Source of the DNA: Bacteroidales bacterium
GTDB taxonomy: Bacteria > Bacteroidota > Bacteroidia > Bacteroidales > CAIWKO01
Direction of reading: 5' to 3'
NCBI GenBank assembly: GCA_035389045.1
Contig: DAOORA010000041.1
Coordinates: 1 to 38,456 of the forward strand
DNA length: 38,456 nucleotides
The position numbers were made by a program, and so were the translations under genes. The notes beneath the pieces are model-generated. The model ran no database searches. It was not told the DNA's origin and worked only from the letters and a program-made list of their open reading frames with translations. Positions 38,201 to 38,456 of the stretch are shown here, one piece after another (position 1 is the stretch's first letter; the number at the start of each line of letters is the position of its first letter).

Positions 38201-38456
38201 TCGTGACGGTGAATGGCGCCGGGACTCACTGTGGAAGCGCAAACCTAACGGCGACAGGTGGTACCAATGGCATCATATACTGGCAGAATACAACCAGCGG
38301 TGGAACCTATACGGCAATGCCGTCTACATCTCAATCTGTTTCTTCGTCCGGAACATATTATTTTAGAGCATATAATTCTTGCGGATGGGGAACCGAAGGC
38401 TTTGCATCGGTGACGATAAATCCTGTACCAGGCATCGTGATGGTTAACGGAGCCGG
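35281..38456 (+). CDS. Large secreted Cys/Gly/Thr-rich Ig-like repeat protein (adhesin-like), 3'-truncated by the window; absent from the ORF track
   Basis: Hand translation from ATG 35281 (MKKYMQTKTKALLALMVFLTFGQNVYSQC) stays open to the end (~1058 codons). Six GGT.G.IYWQ.T..GT...TYYFRA...WG repeats, two Big_2-like WSSSNT.VATV...VTAV.AGTANI.YT domains, and WY.DSCGG...TTYY domains. Confidence 0.9.
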   Translation, partial: MKKYMQTKTKALLALMVFLTFGQNVYSQCTANNSAYRYSTSTIYTPTGSWGSVTWSNGHWQPFYVWDSYIVQIRTCDASWDTQLTLYGSNTAGSSIAYSDDCSYGACSSHTNNSIIAFRNDGSAQTGHLQLNKYSCNSDLANSTTVYYRDIQETPYISGGGITICIGTGVTLTSSMSTYNDDYLDIQWGTSSGGTEVSPDAGSVTVYPTTTTTYYMRGAVKACGTPGTVYTDVASTTIIVSDSLPDTNPFITASGDTVCYGSATMLNASVPGCMVYWYTDSCGGNLLGTGDSISVTPLSATTYYAKAVNGCGSSGCSSITIGVNPVPGPVYISRDSAECTGSNILTASGGTGGTIYWQGTVSGGTSTSMPSIQQTVTNSNTYYFRARNNHCWGTQGSISVTTSMPEPVTVSGGGTYCANALLTATGGTGGTIYWQGTVSGGNSTGTPGTSQSVTSSGTYYFRAYNVVCGWGAEGAATLVVIPNAAVTSVTGTSPMCIGDSAVYTANGVVLGGGAGAWSSSNTSVATVASNATVTAVSAGTANIIYTITGGCGGTKSALKTITILPNSAVASVSGNSPLCSGSTAPYTANGIVLGSGTGAWSSSNTAVATVAVNGNVTAVAAGTANIVYTITGGCNGTKSAQQTLTVNSVPNAVTVNGGGTFCGSSPTLTADGGTGGTIYWQGTTNNGTSTATASTSQTVSVNGTYYFRALSAGGCWGPQGSASILTSLPAAVTVSGGGSTCSSRTLIASGGTGGIIYWQGTTSGGTSTASASTVRTVTSSGTYYFRALNGCGWGSGDSAVVIVYPGAGSVTVNGAGTYCGSQTLTATGGTNGTIYWQGTTSGGTSTLTLSTSQSVTSSGTYYFRAYNANCGWGTQGSVLVSIHTPSTAPTGITGMSSICTGNSPVLTQSGGTLGIGGVWYWYSDSCGGNLISSGSASVTVSPVSTTTYYVRAEGICNTTSCASMMVTVNPSPGIVTVNGAGTHCGSANLTATGGTNGIIYWQNTTSGGTYTAMPSTSQSVSSSGTYYFRAYNSCGWGTEGFASVTINPVPGIVMVNGA

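Overview
Bacteroidota (probably anaerobic Bacteroidales-like) chromosomal window, judged from TAnnTTTG-type promoters, T9SS-type C-terminal domains and pyrK-pyrD. The left edge (1-1597) holds a probable mobile element whose 500-aa protein has Rep_trans-like rolling-circle motifs and a C-terminal winged helix; no DDE triad or terminal inverted repeats were recognised. Four very large secreted repeat proteins dominate the window: a disrupted aryl-sulfotransferase-like gene (1752-5272), a 3 x 514-aa repeat protein (5855-12742), a cleaved-adhesin repeat protein (24529-29208), and an Ig-repeat protein that runs off the right end and is missing from the ORF track (35281-38456). The first three share a ~450-aa C-terminal cassette that reads as beta-sandwich with inserted dockerin-like helices + cohesin-like domain + T9SS CTD. 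The putative dockerin specificity residues differ between paralogs (NAID/NAID vs NVAD/NVAD) and there is evidence of recent cassette conversion. This is the best candidate for an undescribed system: a self-assembling, cellulosome-like surface complex. Also present: a TMTC-like GT-C/TPR glycosyltransferase next to a PP2C-TM-LysM phosphatase, a TetR-MMPL-LolA-like-OMP cassette, pyrK/pyrD, DUF5606, TIGR02757, an AmrB-AmrA fusion, ftsE and two glycosyltransferases. All family calls are by motif recognition; no searches were run.
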